From Asterias rubens (lineage: Eukaryota), in NCBI RefSeq assembly GCF_902459465.1, contig NC_047081.1, positions 1,240,001 to 1,304,000 on the forward strand: a DNA stretch of 64,000 nucleotides, in the 5' to 3' direction. The position numbers were made by a program, and so were the translations under genes. Below, in pieces: positions 25,601 through 40,600 of the stretch (position 1 is the first letter of the stretch; every line of letters begins with the position of its first letter). The notes under the pieces were generated by a model that was given only the letters and a program-made list of their open reading frames with translations, ran no database searches and was not told the origin of the DNA.

Positions 25601-28600
25601 CTCTGCCGTTTCACACCGGAGGCGGTCGCTGAGGGTATTGATGCGTTTCTACTGGCCAGGCGTAAGGGTCGATGATTACGTTATGACCATCAATTAGAGC
25701 TCTCTCGTTTATTTTGTGAGTTCGTGTACATTGCTTGACTTGAATTGAGCTGCGTGATCCTTGTGGTACTCAAGTGCCTACAGCTACTTGAGCTACAAAA
25801 AAAACCTGTTTAACAGGAATGCTATTTTAACTTTATAATTTGTTCGGTTTATCATATAATTGATTTTGGTTATTTGACATGTCTCAGTTTTTATAATTAC
25901 CGATAACAAAATCAGGACCCAACCTCAAGGTTCAGCTACTTGACACTATAATACATGTGCTTTGAAAACTTGACAATACTTTGAAATCAACTGTGGGAGG
26001 TTTATTATACCTCCATGTTGCAACATAGCAGCTTTATAAAACATAGCTCCCACATATGATGACGTGCATTTAACAGTGTTACACAAATCCTTCTGAAAAG
26101 CACGGGAGAAGGGGTGTTAAAAAAAAATTAAATTTTTCAATTAAAATTTGTCCACTTCGGAAAGAAAAAAACTTCAGCAAAGATCATGTGATGCCGTTCT
26201 CTTCCGAAATAGTAAAAACATTTTTTTTTATTATTAACTTAAGGCAATCCAAAGTCCCTGTTTTTTGGAACTTGACTTTGCATCGAGTGAATAGAACATA
26301 GTTGTGTTGTAGGCATTTGTCTTCTTCCATTAATTTGAAAGAATGGAGGAAGAAACATTTGAAGCTAACCTTCACAATTACTTGTAAGCGCCTTTACATG
26401 ATTTCATTTCCTACATAGCAGCGAGTTCAGAAACTGCATGCTCATGGTGATGATCAAACAATTTTTAGCAGCCCTCAAAAAATGGATCACTTCCCCAAAA
26501 CCTCCCCCCTAACCTACCCCCCCCCCCAACAAACACACCCTTAATTGCGCCTACTTTGTACAACCCCCTCCATTAAAGACTTCCTCTGGCATCATCCAGA
26601 CCTAATTGCGATAATTTCTGTCACTGATCTCGTTTCAAATTAGCTGACCAGGTTTTTCAATAATAAAAAAAGTGTCTCTGTCCCCGAAGGAACTGAAGTG
26701 GCTACCAGAAGGAAATCTCATTATTCTGTTTAAAAGAAACAATCTAAGGACAGATTGTTTCTGACAGGAAATGGATCGTTGAAGGAAAACTTGGGTTCTA
26801 CTTTGCACAAATAAGGGTACAGGTGAGTTCACAATTTAGGACCCCTGGCATATTTGAAGAAGAAAAAAACGCTGCCGAAAATTATCGTTTACAAGCTTTG
26901 CACAAAATGTTTGATCAATATTAAATTCTCTACTGAGTTTAGAAAAAGTAATATACAAACAAAAACTGAAAATTAATGCTAATTTTTGCAAAAAGAAGTG
27001 AAATTGTAGCTTTGTGATGCGTGTCTAATTTGATTTATGCTACATAATATGTATCTGACAAAAATATTACAGAGCTGATGATGTTTTCATCTTGCACAAT
27101 CAGGGAGATATTTACATTCAACTTACTAGGGACAAAGTTCAAAAATTCACAGAGATTTTCTTCTTGTTCATTAGAACATTGAAAGATTTGTTTTATTTTC
27201 AGGAACTTTCTGCAGAACCAAGGAAAGTTGGCAGTTTCACGATTGTTGGTTAAGGGTTTTCACCCACATTATTAAAGTACTGTGTTGAGAAAAGAAAACT
27301 TGTACGCTTTGGATTTCAATTTAGAAAAAAAAAAATTATTATTTCAAAATTTTAAGAAAACGAAGAGTCGGCCCGAATATGTTTTCGCAAATGCATTTGT
27401 CTCATGCCTGCATTCTACGTACAATGTCCAGAAGGCATGTTTTATTTACACTACATCCATTAAGTTAGTCTTTTAAGTGCTTTTCTCTGTTTACTGTATT
27501 TATGTTTCAGCCTTGAAACTTAAAACCTAAATATAAGTTTCACTTTTTATGGATTAAACTTTTCCATAATTATGTTTACAACTGCAGTGAAAGGCTTCAA
27601 GGATTCACATTTGATTTTATTTGTTAGGGTAAAAAATATCCTCTTCTTCTAAAACTACAATACTTTAAGGTACCATTTCCAATAATGTTTTTTAGTATCA
27701 ACCAGTCCTCTTTACCAAGTACTTATTTTAGGGCCAATAATTATTTTTGAGCGTTTACCAAACGCACAACCCTCCCTTTAAACCAAAACATTTTCATTAT
27801 TGTCCATATTCGTTCCTTACAATAAAATAACATACAACCCTTTAATCTATTAGGATATTAGTGTAGAGCAACACATTTTATGTCACTTGTTATGTTTTCC
27901 ACCCCTCCACAAATGCAATGGAACAATCAAAGTTAATTTGCATACTACTGTACATTGCACTGCTGGCAAAGACAACCTGCACATATTAATATCCTTTCAC
28001 CCCTATTAAACAGAATGGAACATTCCAGTCCTGTTCTTTGCAAGCATAGAGTAGATTGATTACCTCATGAGGTAGAAGGGTCACTGAATGAACCAATGAA
28101 ATGAGGGGAAGTAAACCATTCATTGGGTGTGACTGGGAATATTGTAATGAGGTGAGAGCCTGGCAACAGAGGGGGCTATAACACTTGTCAGTTGCTGCAA
28201 CCACCCCAGTAAACTATGCCATACATACAGTGTTAAATGCTAAACATTCCAAAATGCACACAAAATACTCAGAAGTCTTACATCTTTTAACAGTAGCCTA
28301 AATTATTCATTGGTTCTTGAACTTTTATCCTCTGCTCAATTTGATATGGGAGTTCCAGGGCAATGCTAGTTATTCTCCCTAAAAAAAAAAACACAACTGG
28401 AACTCGAACCCCTACTCTGCTGATCAGAAACACCAGCTCGAGTCCAGTGCTCTTAACTGCTAGGCCATGACATGCAACACCCCAACACCCTTAATGAATT
28501 AAAAAATTGTATGAGCCTGCATGAATTTAAGTTCATATTAAGATTGTCCAATGGAAATGCCCTTTTCAAAATGGCCATGCCCTTTCCAAGATGAAACTCC

Positions 28601-31600
28601 ATGTGTACTTACCGCATTACTGGTGTTGATGTCTGTGCTGCCCTTCAAGTAGTCCAAGACCTTCTCTAGGTTGCCAGCTCTTGCTGCTCTTAAGAAGCTG
28701 GCATTACCATCTGATTGCTGCAGAAACAAATGGCAATAAAACACACTCAATTAGCTCAAGGATTTCAGGCTGTGTCAAGCTCGGTTTATACTGAATGCAA
28801 ATGCGAAGTGAGTTTCATCGCCACATGGCTGTTTTTGCAGCAAATGTTTTGCAGGAATTGAACACGGTTCCAAGTTTTGTTTTCCAGATGTGTGACATCA
28901 ACATTCATATCGCATTCGCATTTGCAGGATAAATGAACCAGGCTTCGCCCTTTCGTTACTGAGTTCTTTTGGACGCAAACAACCACTAGTGCAGGGCTTG
29001 AACTTTACACTGGACAGGAGGACCAAGGCTAATGATTTTACTGTCAGGCCAGTAACCCTGTGATTCACAGATTCAAATTTTGGTGAATAAAACCTCAATA
29101 CTTCGAAGTGAAATTAAAGGCAGTGGACACTATTGGTAATTATTCAAAATAATTATTAGCATAAAACCTTTCTTGGTGACGAGTAATGGGGAGAGGTTGA
29201 TGGTATAAAACATTGAGAGAAACGGCTCCCCCTGAAGTGCCATAGTTTTCGAGAAAAAAGTAATTTTCCACGAATTTGATTTCGAGACCTCAGGTTTAGA
29301 ACTTGAGGTCTCGAAATCAACCATCTAAATGCACACAACTTCGTGTGACAGGGGTGTTTTTTCTTTCATTATTATCTCGCAAATTCGATGACCGATTGAG
29401 CTCAAATTTTCACAGGTTTGTTATTTTATGCATATGTTGAGATACACCAACTGTGAAGGCTAGTCTTTGACAATTACCAATAGTGTCCACTGCCTTTAAC
29501 TAAAAATGATTTATAGTACTATCAAAAGCTGCCAAATGTGTTTATGGTAATTCATTTTAAGGGTGATTACCAAACGTATACAGACCCTTTATAGATTTAT
29601 TTCGGACCCTGTCACTGCATCCTAAATGGCCCTTGAAATGGTCCCTTGGAGTATTATATTTTCTAATTGAGGTGACCTTACCACCAAGGGTAACAAGCTT
29701 TGCCACTTACCAAAATGTCAGGGGTGTCATTGAGATAAACAGAAGGCGGGGCCTGGGTCTCCCCTTGGACCCCGTTTACACTAGATCAAGAAAGATCTAG
29801 ATCAATTTTGGCAATGTGGATTAACTGCTAGTGTCAAAATTGCCGGTTCAAGATATGCCAATTTTAATCTCCCTCTCGAGGAGGGTTGAATCAGGCAACT
29901 TGTAGATCAGATCCAGTAAAGTGGATTCGAAATACAAGTGTAAACGCAAAGTTGGCGCTGCTCAAAACCAATTTTGTTATTTTTTAAACCCGTACAAAGT
30001 ATGTATTTTGAACAAAAACCCGTACTAAGTGTGGGAAAAACGTACTAGTTGGCATGTCTGCAAAGGTGGATCAGCCACACCAATTCGATGTGGTCATTTC
30101 CGGTTTCGCTACAAATGGTGCGCATATTTTTGTTTTGCGCGTGTCTAGTCTGTTCTGAGAGCCACTTACCACTGATGTCTGTGCCTCGTCCGGTGACGGA
30201 GTGTTGTCTGCCATAAGTTTCTCTGGTTTCTCCGGCTTGGCCGGCGGAGCCCCGTCAGCATTTTCCTTCTGTAGAAATAAGAAGAGGAGAACGTTTTACA
30301 AGAAGCACCTTAAAGCACATGAATGGGTAGCGTTGGTATTTGCTAAAGACCAGTATCCACACTGTATGTGTTACCAAACATATACAGGAAACCACCAACC
30401 TGTGAAAGTTTTAGCTCAATTGGTCATTGAAGTCACAAGAAATAAGTGGGGGAAAAAACCTTTAAAAATATTTTCACACACGATGAAGACTTTTATTTTA
30501 ATAGACTTTTTATGCTATGCTATGAATCATAATTTTTCAGATTTTTCCAAGGGCAAAAAAAAAATCCTGAATCAGACAAAAGTAGGAAGAAAATCATGGC
30601 ATCCATCTGAATAATTCAAAGCATAACTTATACACTTTGCCTGCAAGAACAGGTGAACAGGTTTCTTGCAGTCTCCCACCATTAACCATTTATTCCATAA
30701 TGATGAATATTGCAATTACCTTCCATGCACTTCTCCTAAAAATTTCATCACAAAATAAAAAGACCGTAATTGTCCTTTGATGCCTTTGAGCAATTTCCAG
30801 GTGTCAATTCTGACAACATAATGTTTTACGCAATACATCTCTTTAAAAAAAAAAATCAACTTTTCTTTCTGTGAAGCCGGCAGCAACAAATTGACTATCT
30901 ATGACAGCGCCAGTGTCATTTTCCTGAAGGAAAGACACCTGGATTTTGACAAAGAAACTTCGTTTTGTGAAGCTGTGATCGATCGATAGTTCAAGAGGTC
31001 CTTTGCGGATGGGTTTCATAGACAAGAACAGATTTATTGTGTGGATGTGTGGTTAACTGAATTTTGATTAAACATCAAAATAAAAGAAAAAAAGAAAACT
31101 GAATCGGTAAATTTTAAATGGTTGAACAAAGACAATTCGAGTGGGAGTTGTACCAACAATCTGTTATTGCTCCTGCATATTTTTTGTTTAGCAGAAAATT
31201 TCTAAGCAATATTTACTACTTAAAGCAGGTAATATTGGGCACTGATTCTAGATGAACTTTCCAAAATAGTGGCCTAGATCTGTGACGGCTAAAAAATAAA
31301 TAAAAAACCAAAACATGGAGAGCCCTAACATTGCAATTGACTATTGAAGAATTGATGTAGTTTGAAGCATCAGCATGACTGTGAAGTTTGAATGGGTCAT
31401 TATTTTATTATTCAGCTGCAAGAACCTAACCGTGGCTTTGTGTTTTACCAAAAACCTGACCGTTACAAATCATCCATAAAGTGACAAGCACCTAGGAGCC
31501 TGGGCGTTTTAGGTGCGTTTTTTTTTATATATTTTTTTTTTAAAGATAATTTCGTAGATCTACGGATAAAGGTACAAGCTACAGTACAGAATTTGAATAG

Positions 31601-34600
31601 TAATCCTACAAATGCTGGATAATCTTGTTAATTCTTTCGTCAATGGATCAAGAATGAGGGTGGGATTACCACCAGATAGATTCAGAGCTTTTCTACGAAG
31701 TGACGGGATAAACTTGAGGTAAGCAGCTCTATGAAAGAGGATCAAGATAAACATGCACTGCTTCCTCCCTACTGTACGAAGCTGTCAAAATCACGCAGCT
31801 TCTGCAATGACTATATAGCCCTTTTCACACGACAGCAATTAAGCATGGGTCTCTTGCTTTATTTTATCATGGTTGTGAAATTTCACAAAAATGCACCTTG
31901 TGTGACAGGACAATCATGTTGATGCTGTCGAGACATGAGGAAAGTTTGACATTTCACAACAGACTTTGTCCTTTCACATGAAAAGCAATTTGAAAAATTT
32001 CACAACCATGCTCAAATTAAGCAAGGGACCCCTGCTAACTTGCTTTCATGTGAAAAGGGTTGATGGCTTCTGGCTTCTTTCAAGATCATGTCTATGCATC
32101 CTCGCCGTCCATAATTCCCATAATGTCCAAAACATTCAATTAAGGCCACCCCCCCAAAAAAAAACATGTTTAGCGCCTGCCTTTTTGAAAAAAAGGAAGG
32201 AAGTTTTTTTTAAGTTTTTTTTTTATGGCTGCCCTTTTTTTAAGACAACCGGCTGGGTTTTAAAAAAACAAATGAAAAAATTGTTTGTCTAAGATTGTAA
32301 AAATGTTTCCTTTTTTAATGACAAAATTTATCATTAAAAGTACGAGACTAGAAAAAAAAACAAAAAAAGAGGCGGCCTCTAAAACGGAAGCAGGCGGGGA
32401 AACCAAACATGTTTTTATTTTATTTGGCCTAAACTGAACATGCCCCTCTCCCGTCTCTGGCACAATTTAATCATGTTCTCATTTACCCAGACCTAGATAT
32501 TAACTCCGCCGAACTCAAGCTGAGCCTCGTAATGTTACTCTCCCAAGAAATAACATCAGTAACCCAAGTCAAGACCCTATTCGGATGTTAAATGGCTGAT
32601 ATTCAACCAGGGCCTTGTGTTAAAGGCAGTGGACACTATTGGTAATTACTCAAAATAATTATCATCATAAAACCTTTATTGATTACGAGTAATGGGGAGA
32701 AGTTGCTGGTATAAAACAAGTGAGAAACAGCTCCCTCTGAATCAACGTAGTTTTCGAGAAAGAAGTAATTTTTCACGAATTTGATTTCGAGACCTCAAGT
32801 TTAGAATTTGAGGTCTCGAAATCAAGCATTAAAAAGCACACAACTTTGTGTGAGTTTTTTCTTTCATTATTATCTCGCAAACTCGACGACCGATTGAGCT
32901 CAAATTTTCACAGGTTTGTTATTTTATGCATATGTTGAGATACACCAAGTGAGAAGACGGTCTTTGACAATTACCAATAGTGTCCACTGTCTTTAAAGAG
33001 ATGCTTTTTAAAAGCACAAAACGTAGCTGGGCACAAATGCTCACTCGAATATGGTTAGCATTTTAGCAGCCATGTGTAAAAAAATTCATTTGCGAATCAA
33101 CATTTTGTGATACACCAAATGAGGACCACTGGCAGGTGGGCATAGCAATGTTCCTCTGATTAGGGGCACTTATATGAGTGAGAGGAATATTTAATTTCCC
33201 CCCTCATTCTTTCCCCCTGGTATTTTGTTGTTGTTGTCAATATTTCTTTCCCAATTGAGCGCACACTTGTTTAACACACCGAGCTAAGGTTCCATGTTTA
33301 AGACTATAGTCAATACTGCGCATTGATTAAAAACCAGGTTGGGTTACCGTTGCCAATTAGTAGTACCAGCTAAAATGTCAGCCGTGTTTTTTACCAGACT
33401 TTCTGATATCATCTTCACATTAAACAGAAACAAAACTGACAGCTGGTTTGTAAACACGATGTATTGAGGCTAATGTACATGTATGGTTGCTAATATACAA
33501 CAAAGTAACACTTTAAAAAAAAAAAAAATTTATGCAAGTCGCCAGACACACAAGGCCTGAAGGCCATTTCAAGGTGTGGGCTACAATTATTTTTTTCCAG
33601 ACGACGCTGCCACCTACTCCTAGTGCTGAAACAGGGTTACCCCTTTCACAGTCCATACGGATGAAGGCTTGGCTATCATCAATTCGAAGCCTGGCTGGTA
33701 GAGCAGAAAGCACTACTTCCCCAATTTTAAGTAGCAAGTGTCACAACTGGGATCCGAACCCACACCCTGCTGATCAAACACCACAGCTTGAATCTGATGC
33801 TCTTAACCGCTTGGCCATGACACGCCACGCCAATTGCCTGAATTTTGCAACCAAAAGATGAAATTCTAATTCAGAAAACCAACGGACCCTTTAATACTGG
33901 TGTAGGTCATAAATAACAGTCAGAAAAAATGTCCAACATGAATCAGAAATTCTACAGTGATTGCTGTCAAGTTCGCAACACGATTTATAATCCTCCAAAG
34001 CCGCCAGACATTTCTAACAATTCTTCACACAATCGCAAACACAAATCCATTCTCCAAATGAGCTACTATTTTTTTGGTGTTCGAGCATTATTGAAAGAGG
34101 TTATTTTTAGACGGTAGGGTTTGGCATAATTCTTTTTTAGTATACAATACACACGCAGCTCCTTGCAGCAATGTTGTTATTTTAAGTGTCTATGCTCATG
34201 AACAGCCAGCATGGACAGGCTGTTTTATTAAGGCTAGGGGTCGATACGATGTGCTGAATGTTTTTTATTTTCTTACAGCAGTTTGTGCCAATCGATAAAC
34301 AGGCATCTAATTCATTGACTGGCTATCATAATGAAGAAATATTACCTTTTTTATTATTATTATTATTAAATCAATGAGATTCGGAAACCTTGGCATCCAG
34401 ATATTGCTGCAACTGGTAACCCATTCATTTCTTGCTTAGCAAACAAAGAAATTTGCTCAGCAGAATTTTCTGCTTAACAGCTCTATGAAAGTGGGCCATG
34501 CTCTACTCCCAAACAACTCTCAAAGTATTGTGAAACCCAGTAACCCGATTCAATTCCGTCTGAGCATGAGATTCAGAAACCTTGGCATCCAGTGGGCGGA

Positions 34601-37600
34601 CACCTCGGCACTGAGAGAACCTTGGCTTGTGGTACCCCTTTTGTAAAAGAAAGCCCAGGTAGAAAGGGTTTCAATTGGGTTTATTGTGTGGGCGTATGTT
34701 ATTCACAAGGTGTGGGTTATTTGTGTACAAGGTCCTGGTGTGTACAGAAAGCCAAGGTCAGTGAAAATGCACTTTCAGCTAAAAGGAAAAACCCAGATCG
34801 GTTTAGGTGCTTAAAGTTAAACTTTGTTCAAATCCTGTAAAAGGGAACCATTTTATATCACAAATTGGTCCAGTTGATTTCTAATTTGTAAAATGAGGAA
34901 TGAACTGCTAATAAAGTTTCAGGGTTAGCCCTTAACTTTTTCAATGACTAGCCAGCAATAACAACACTATGGTCTTACATTGTTGATTTTAATTAAAATA
35001 TTTCTAAACGAATCCCACCTCAAACCTAAATGTTCAGGTCAGGACGGTATCACGCAGTAGTTATAAAAACAAACATTTAACATTCACACAAATCAAAGGC
35101 CAATAATGCAAAAAACCACACTATTAATTGTTTAGATCAACAAAACTCTTCTCAGAGAAAATGTCAAATGTAAAACATTCACACAAATCAAAGGCCAAGG
35201 AAAAAACCACACTATTTATTTAGATCACCATAAACTCTTTTCAGAGAAACATCTTTGCATTTCCGACGCTACCTTTTCTTCCAGCAATGTTTTGGTGACA
35301 GTGAGACAAATACAAAGAAGAATACCCTTCAACGAAAAACCACCTCAGAATTGTTCAGGGTTTTATGCCTATAACAAACATCAGGAGCACTTATTAAATG
35401 TTTCGGGGGGGGGGGGGGCACATTTTAATACAATAACAACAAAAGCAGGGCCAGGTGACAAAGCCTCTTTCCAGAGAAGTGTTTTTGTTTTGGAATCTCT
35501 TCCAGAACTGGCGAGGATAAGGTCATTGACTCAAAACCCCAAGGTCCCAAGGTCTTCTATTCAACTCACTGGTTGAAGATCATAAGAGGGGAGGGGACTG
35601 CAGTTATTTATGCAGTTGGTCCAAGCATGGACCAAGAGAACCACTTCAACCTCTTATAATATAACTGGCCATCTTTTTGCCTTTTTTGTTGTTGCTGAGA
35701 GCAATAGTGAAACTGACAATAGGAATACAGTTTGTAGGACAATCTCTAACGGGATAATTATGGTAAATATTGGGACCACTGAAAATTGTGAATGGCTTTT
35801 CACTATCTTCTCTCAACTCACACGACGGATTAAGCCCAAATTTCCAAAGTTTGTTAATACCATGGAATACTCTACCAACCATGTATGATACATTTAAAGG
35901 GAAGGTATACGTTTGGTAATTACTCAAAACAAATATTAACTTAAAAACTGACTTGGTAACTAGCTTAGGAGAGCTGTTGATAGTATAAAACATTGTGGGA
36001 AACGACTCCCTCTGAAGTAACGTAGTTTTTGAAAAAGAGGTAATTTCTCACTAAAATATTAAAAGACTTCTAGCTAGAAGTCTTTTATTCCTATCTGAGA
36101 GCACACAAATTCGTCCAACAAGGTTGTCTTTCATTATTTTCTCCCAATTTTGATGACCAATGAGCTCAAATTTTCACAGGCTTGTTATTTTATGCATACG
36201 TTGAGATACGGCAAGTGAGAACACTGGTCTTTGACAATTACCAATAGTGTACCTTCCCTTTAAAGGGAAGGTATACCTGACAGCGAAAGGGTGTTATATC
36301 TACATGTTGTGCAACTGATTACATCCACAGGTTAAAAGATCGGCCAGACCAAATAGAAAGTCTGCCCAGACAGTTTCGGATGTCGGGACTAAATTTCCAC
36401 TCCAGCCTCATTTTTCTCCATCTTGTCATGTTCTTTATTGTTACGTGATAAGATGAGTTCGTCAGATTGTGTGAAAACTTTGACACATGAGTATTTTTAA
36501 AAATGCCGCGAGTTGAACAAGCTGTGTAGAAAGTTATTTTTGTTGTCAGGTATGATTTCAGATTTTATTACCAAATGGAATTTTGTAAGGGCGAGGTTTC
36601 AGTATTGGAAACTTTTTTGATTTATCTGGTTTCCGTATAATTTGTAAATTAAATTAAATGCAAAAGATTTTTTGGAGTACAACAAAAATAAGTATTATAA
36701 AATCTCGAGGAAGAAAGTGACAATTTTTCCACACAAAACAGAAGGTATTGTCGGAACTTTTGCCAAAATTGACTCAGGTATTCCTGATCCTGATCAAATA
36801 ACAAGGAAAGAACTTTTCGATAAAACCACATGCGCACTTTGTGATTCACAGCAAAGTTCAGTTCAGCAAATATGTAATTGTAATTTTATTTTTGTTCTTT
36901 TAAAAGGCATTCATCATTAAAAGGTGTTCAGCGCTAGTATTACATTATAAATGCAGTTGTTGTTATTATTATTACACAAACATAACAAGTAAGCTTTTAC
37001 CAATGCCCCTTATTTTTGACCGCGCGGGGGCGCTATAAATAGTATTTTGATCACTTCCGGGGGTACACGCGATTCGCCCTGCACAAATTAATAGGCGTTC
37101 TGTCACTTTTGTTGCGCCGTAGTTTCAATTTGCTTTAGAGGTGGATTATAACGGCTCCTTTTAAAGTCTTATTGTCTGTGATGGATTAGATGTCTGTGGT
37201 TATAATGTGTTCCAATCTTTAAAAACTGTTTTGCGTATGAATGAATATACCCCGGAAGTGATTGAGAGCGCCCTCACGCGGTCAAAAATATGGCCCATTC
37301 AACAAACTCTGCAACAATTTCATGCTCATATACGCTATGTAAATAAACGACCATCTTTCCTCAGTGATTCCAATAGACAAAATTAAACGCATAATTCTTT
37401 GTTCTCTTTTTGAGAGAGAAATATTAAAATCCACAGCACTGGGGCAAGCTAATTGACTTACTTATGCTCTGACCTACATGTTCACGGTCACCTACCAGTA
37501 ATAAATGACTCTGCATATGCACTACATAACGATCGGCCAGCCTTGGAAAATTGGTCATGTCAACATGGAGACATGAAGACCTTGCATTTAATCATGGTCA

Positions 37601-40600
37601 CGACAATATGAACATGATCACTATTCAGACATTGAAGAAGCCTTACAGAACCAACAGGGGGAATGTAGTTGGTGCCCCTTGCTCTAACCGGGTGCCCTTG
37701 ATCAGTGCCCCTTTCTCTAACCGGGCTGCCCCTTCCTCTAACCGGACTTCCCCTTCCTCTGACCTGGCTGCCCCTTCCTCTAACAGGGCTGCACCTTCCG
37801 CTTATTGAGTGCCCCTGCCGGTAACTGGGTGTCCTTGATCAGTGCCCCTTCTTCGAACTGGTTGCACTTGATTTGAGAAAAAATTAGACTGCCCCTTCAA
37901 GAACTAAAAAACATTTTCATGCCCCATGTAGGTCTACTACACCATTATTTATTCACATCAAATAACTGATAAATTTAGGCGGCTACTTTATCAATTTACA
38001 GCAAATTTTTACCTCTTATATTGAATTGTTCCAGTACCAAAAACCCAAGCTGTGGTAGTACCATACCCAGCATAGTTTTCCCAGCGACATTCCGTTCAAT
38101 TCAGCAAGGATTACCCCACAGTCAAGCTGTCAGGGTCAAAGGGAAATACCTTCCACATCCAGGCCAACTTTCCCACAACTGTCAAACTCATGAATGACTT
38201 CGATCAACGTTGTCCGAGTCCAGAGGAGAGAGTTCCCCCTCCAAGCCTTGGGGGATCAGCCCTGGACTAATTTGTAGGAGTCCGTTGTGTGGGAAACGCT
38301 TGCCCTCCTAAACTCGTCGTTGCTTTTTTGCATTCATGTATTTTGGCAGAGGTACAATCGGTGAAAGAGAGGGTTGGGAAAGAATAGCAGGGATTACCCT
38401 TAACTTTTCAATGACTAGCCAGTTAGGCATGTCATTTAACTGGTCCATCAGCTTTTTGACTGGTCCACAGAGTTTGGTGGTAACATTTTTAGAGACAAGC
38501 CAGCAAAAATCTTGCTAAACAGAAACTATTTACCAGCCAAAATTCCATAAGGTTTGCACTGTTGTAACTTGTGCCCCACTCATTTTTTGTTTTACAAAGA
38601 CATTTGCTAAGCAGTATTTTCTGCGCAACAGCTTATAAAATTGGGCACCCAGCTATACCACTACTTGTTTGAGGTAATAAAAGGCATTATGGATTACGTA
38701 GATCTAAAATGTATGTGCGTATTAGTAATGTGCGTTCACACTACACACACATGTCAACCATCTAAGATTAACTGAGCTTTTATTCTCTCTGCATTCTAAA
38801 TACATACACCAGACTTTCTATAAGCAAACCATCTGGCAAACAACCAAATATGGGTAATGCTGACAGAAATAAAATGTTGTCAACTAGCCTGGTCGACATT
38901 TCCGAAGAAGGGTCTACTACAGGCAAGGTTGACAGGCAGAATCAAATCTGGCCTCCGGATCAAAGAATTACTTGGGTGACTACCAATAGGTTCAGCAGGT
39001 GTATCAGTCAATACCAACACATATGGCTAGTCAATATCAGTACCCACACCAAAACAACAACAACGCAACAGTAAAGTGTGCAAACTACAAGATGCCCAAA
39101 CCACACGTGAGTTCTTTTCGCAGAGCCCAAATCAGCAGACATGATGTCACTAAACTTTAACGGCAGTAAAAACTGTCATCATACACGCATCACTCAGTCA
39201 CAACCTTAAATGAAGTAATGTACACTAGTGACAGTAATATCAAAAATGGTAATATCAAGTTCATAGAGCAGTATATTTTATGTATTTTTTAGACAAGTAA
39301 ATCCCTTAGTATCTGTCATAACTATCCTGCAGAATTTCCACTGACAATCAGACTGAAGTTAACTTAGTTAGTGGCAGGGCAAGGAGCAACAATTAAATGT
39401 TTGCTCTTATACAAGATTGAAATGTTAGGCCTTAAAACCGCACAAGTATAACAACTATATTTTCCTTGGAAACAAAAAACCAACAACAACACCTAAAAAG
39501 TCCCTAGAGTGTATGACACAATTTTCAATAGAAAACATGAACGTCTGTATTCGGCAATATCATATTTTTCAAAACATTTATAAGTTAGTGGACTAACTTT
39601 TTGACCCTCATAGTCTTACTTGAAGGCTAAATAACAACACAGTCATAGTGTTTGAGCCATGGGTGTGTATGGGTGTACTTTGGTTACCCTGTTTTAAATT
39701 TGGATGGTTTTATCATCGGTCATTTTCATAGAGAAAGGAACACTGTTTCTAGTTGTATTTTAAGTGAATAATTTGTACACACCAAGTTTTTAAATTTCCA
39801 GCAAATGTGGAGACCCAACCAAATCCTTGCTTAAACCTTAAACACAATAAACATAAAAAAATAAACAGATATACTGATTATCAAATTTAAATATTTATGA
39901 ATCTGTCGCTCTTTACGCATCTTGACATTCATACACTTACCCTAATAAGAGTCATTCTTGTTAATATAAATCCAATTGAAATCCAATGTCAGAGGAGGAG
40001 AGAATCAGTCAGAATCAAGCAGAGAGTGCATTAATAGTTTGTAGTGAACTTCCCAAGCCAAGCAGTTCAATGGTAGTGCCCCAAGACCACTTTACGAAAC
40101 ACTGCACCTATACACCAATAAGCCGCTAAATACTAATAGCGTCCATGTGTGCACTCTTGTATTGTAAAGTGGATTAGCACTATACAATACTGGTCCTGAC
40201 TGCATACAAATGGCTAACCCTGTACACACATGCACGAAGCCTACCAACCACCACATGGCGTTGGTATACTATTATAGTACTCTATGGGCTAGACTTCGTC
40301 TCAAGGACACGACCTTTGACCTTCAGAGGACAGGTGTGTGGCACTACTGGTGATATGATATTGGTTATGATTTTCATAATAAGGCAATCTTTCAACGAGA
40401 CGTCACATTGGGTAATAATAAACCAGGGTGTAACAAGCAAGGACTACCCACTCAGAAAAGCCCCCCCCCCCTCCCTCCGGGCTACTCTAATTTGTTTTGT
40501 TGTTTTTTTAAGAGGGCAGACTACATGTGAAGGCATTTCTTTTGGATTGTTATTGCTGATTTATTTGTGGAGGTGGTTATTAATCTTCTGCCTGCAAATA

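Noticed and set aside
30201-30614. 137-aa plus-strand ORF
   Set aside because: Antisense shadow of the linker exon running into AT-rich intron; no recognisable domain.
38090-38270. Plus-strand frame weakly resembling a LINE ORF2 C-terminus ([12 protein letters not shown])
   Set aside because: Similarity too weak to support.
39941-39956. 16-nt AG..GTAAGT unit after a pyrimidine-rich AG-free stretch
   Set aside because: Out of frame with an internal TAG and no further support; could only be non-coding.
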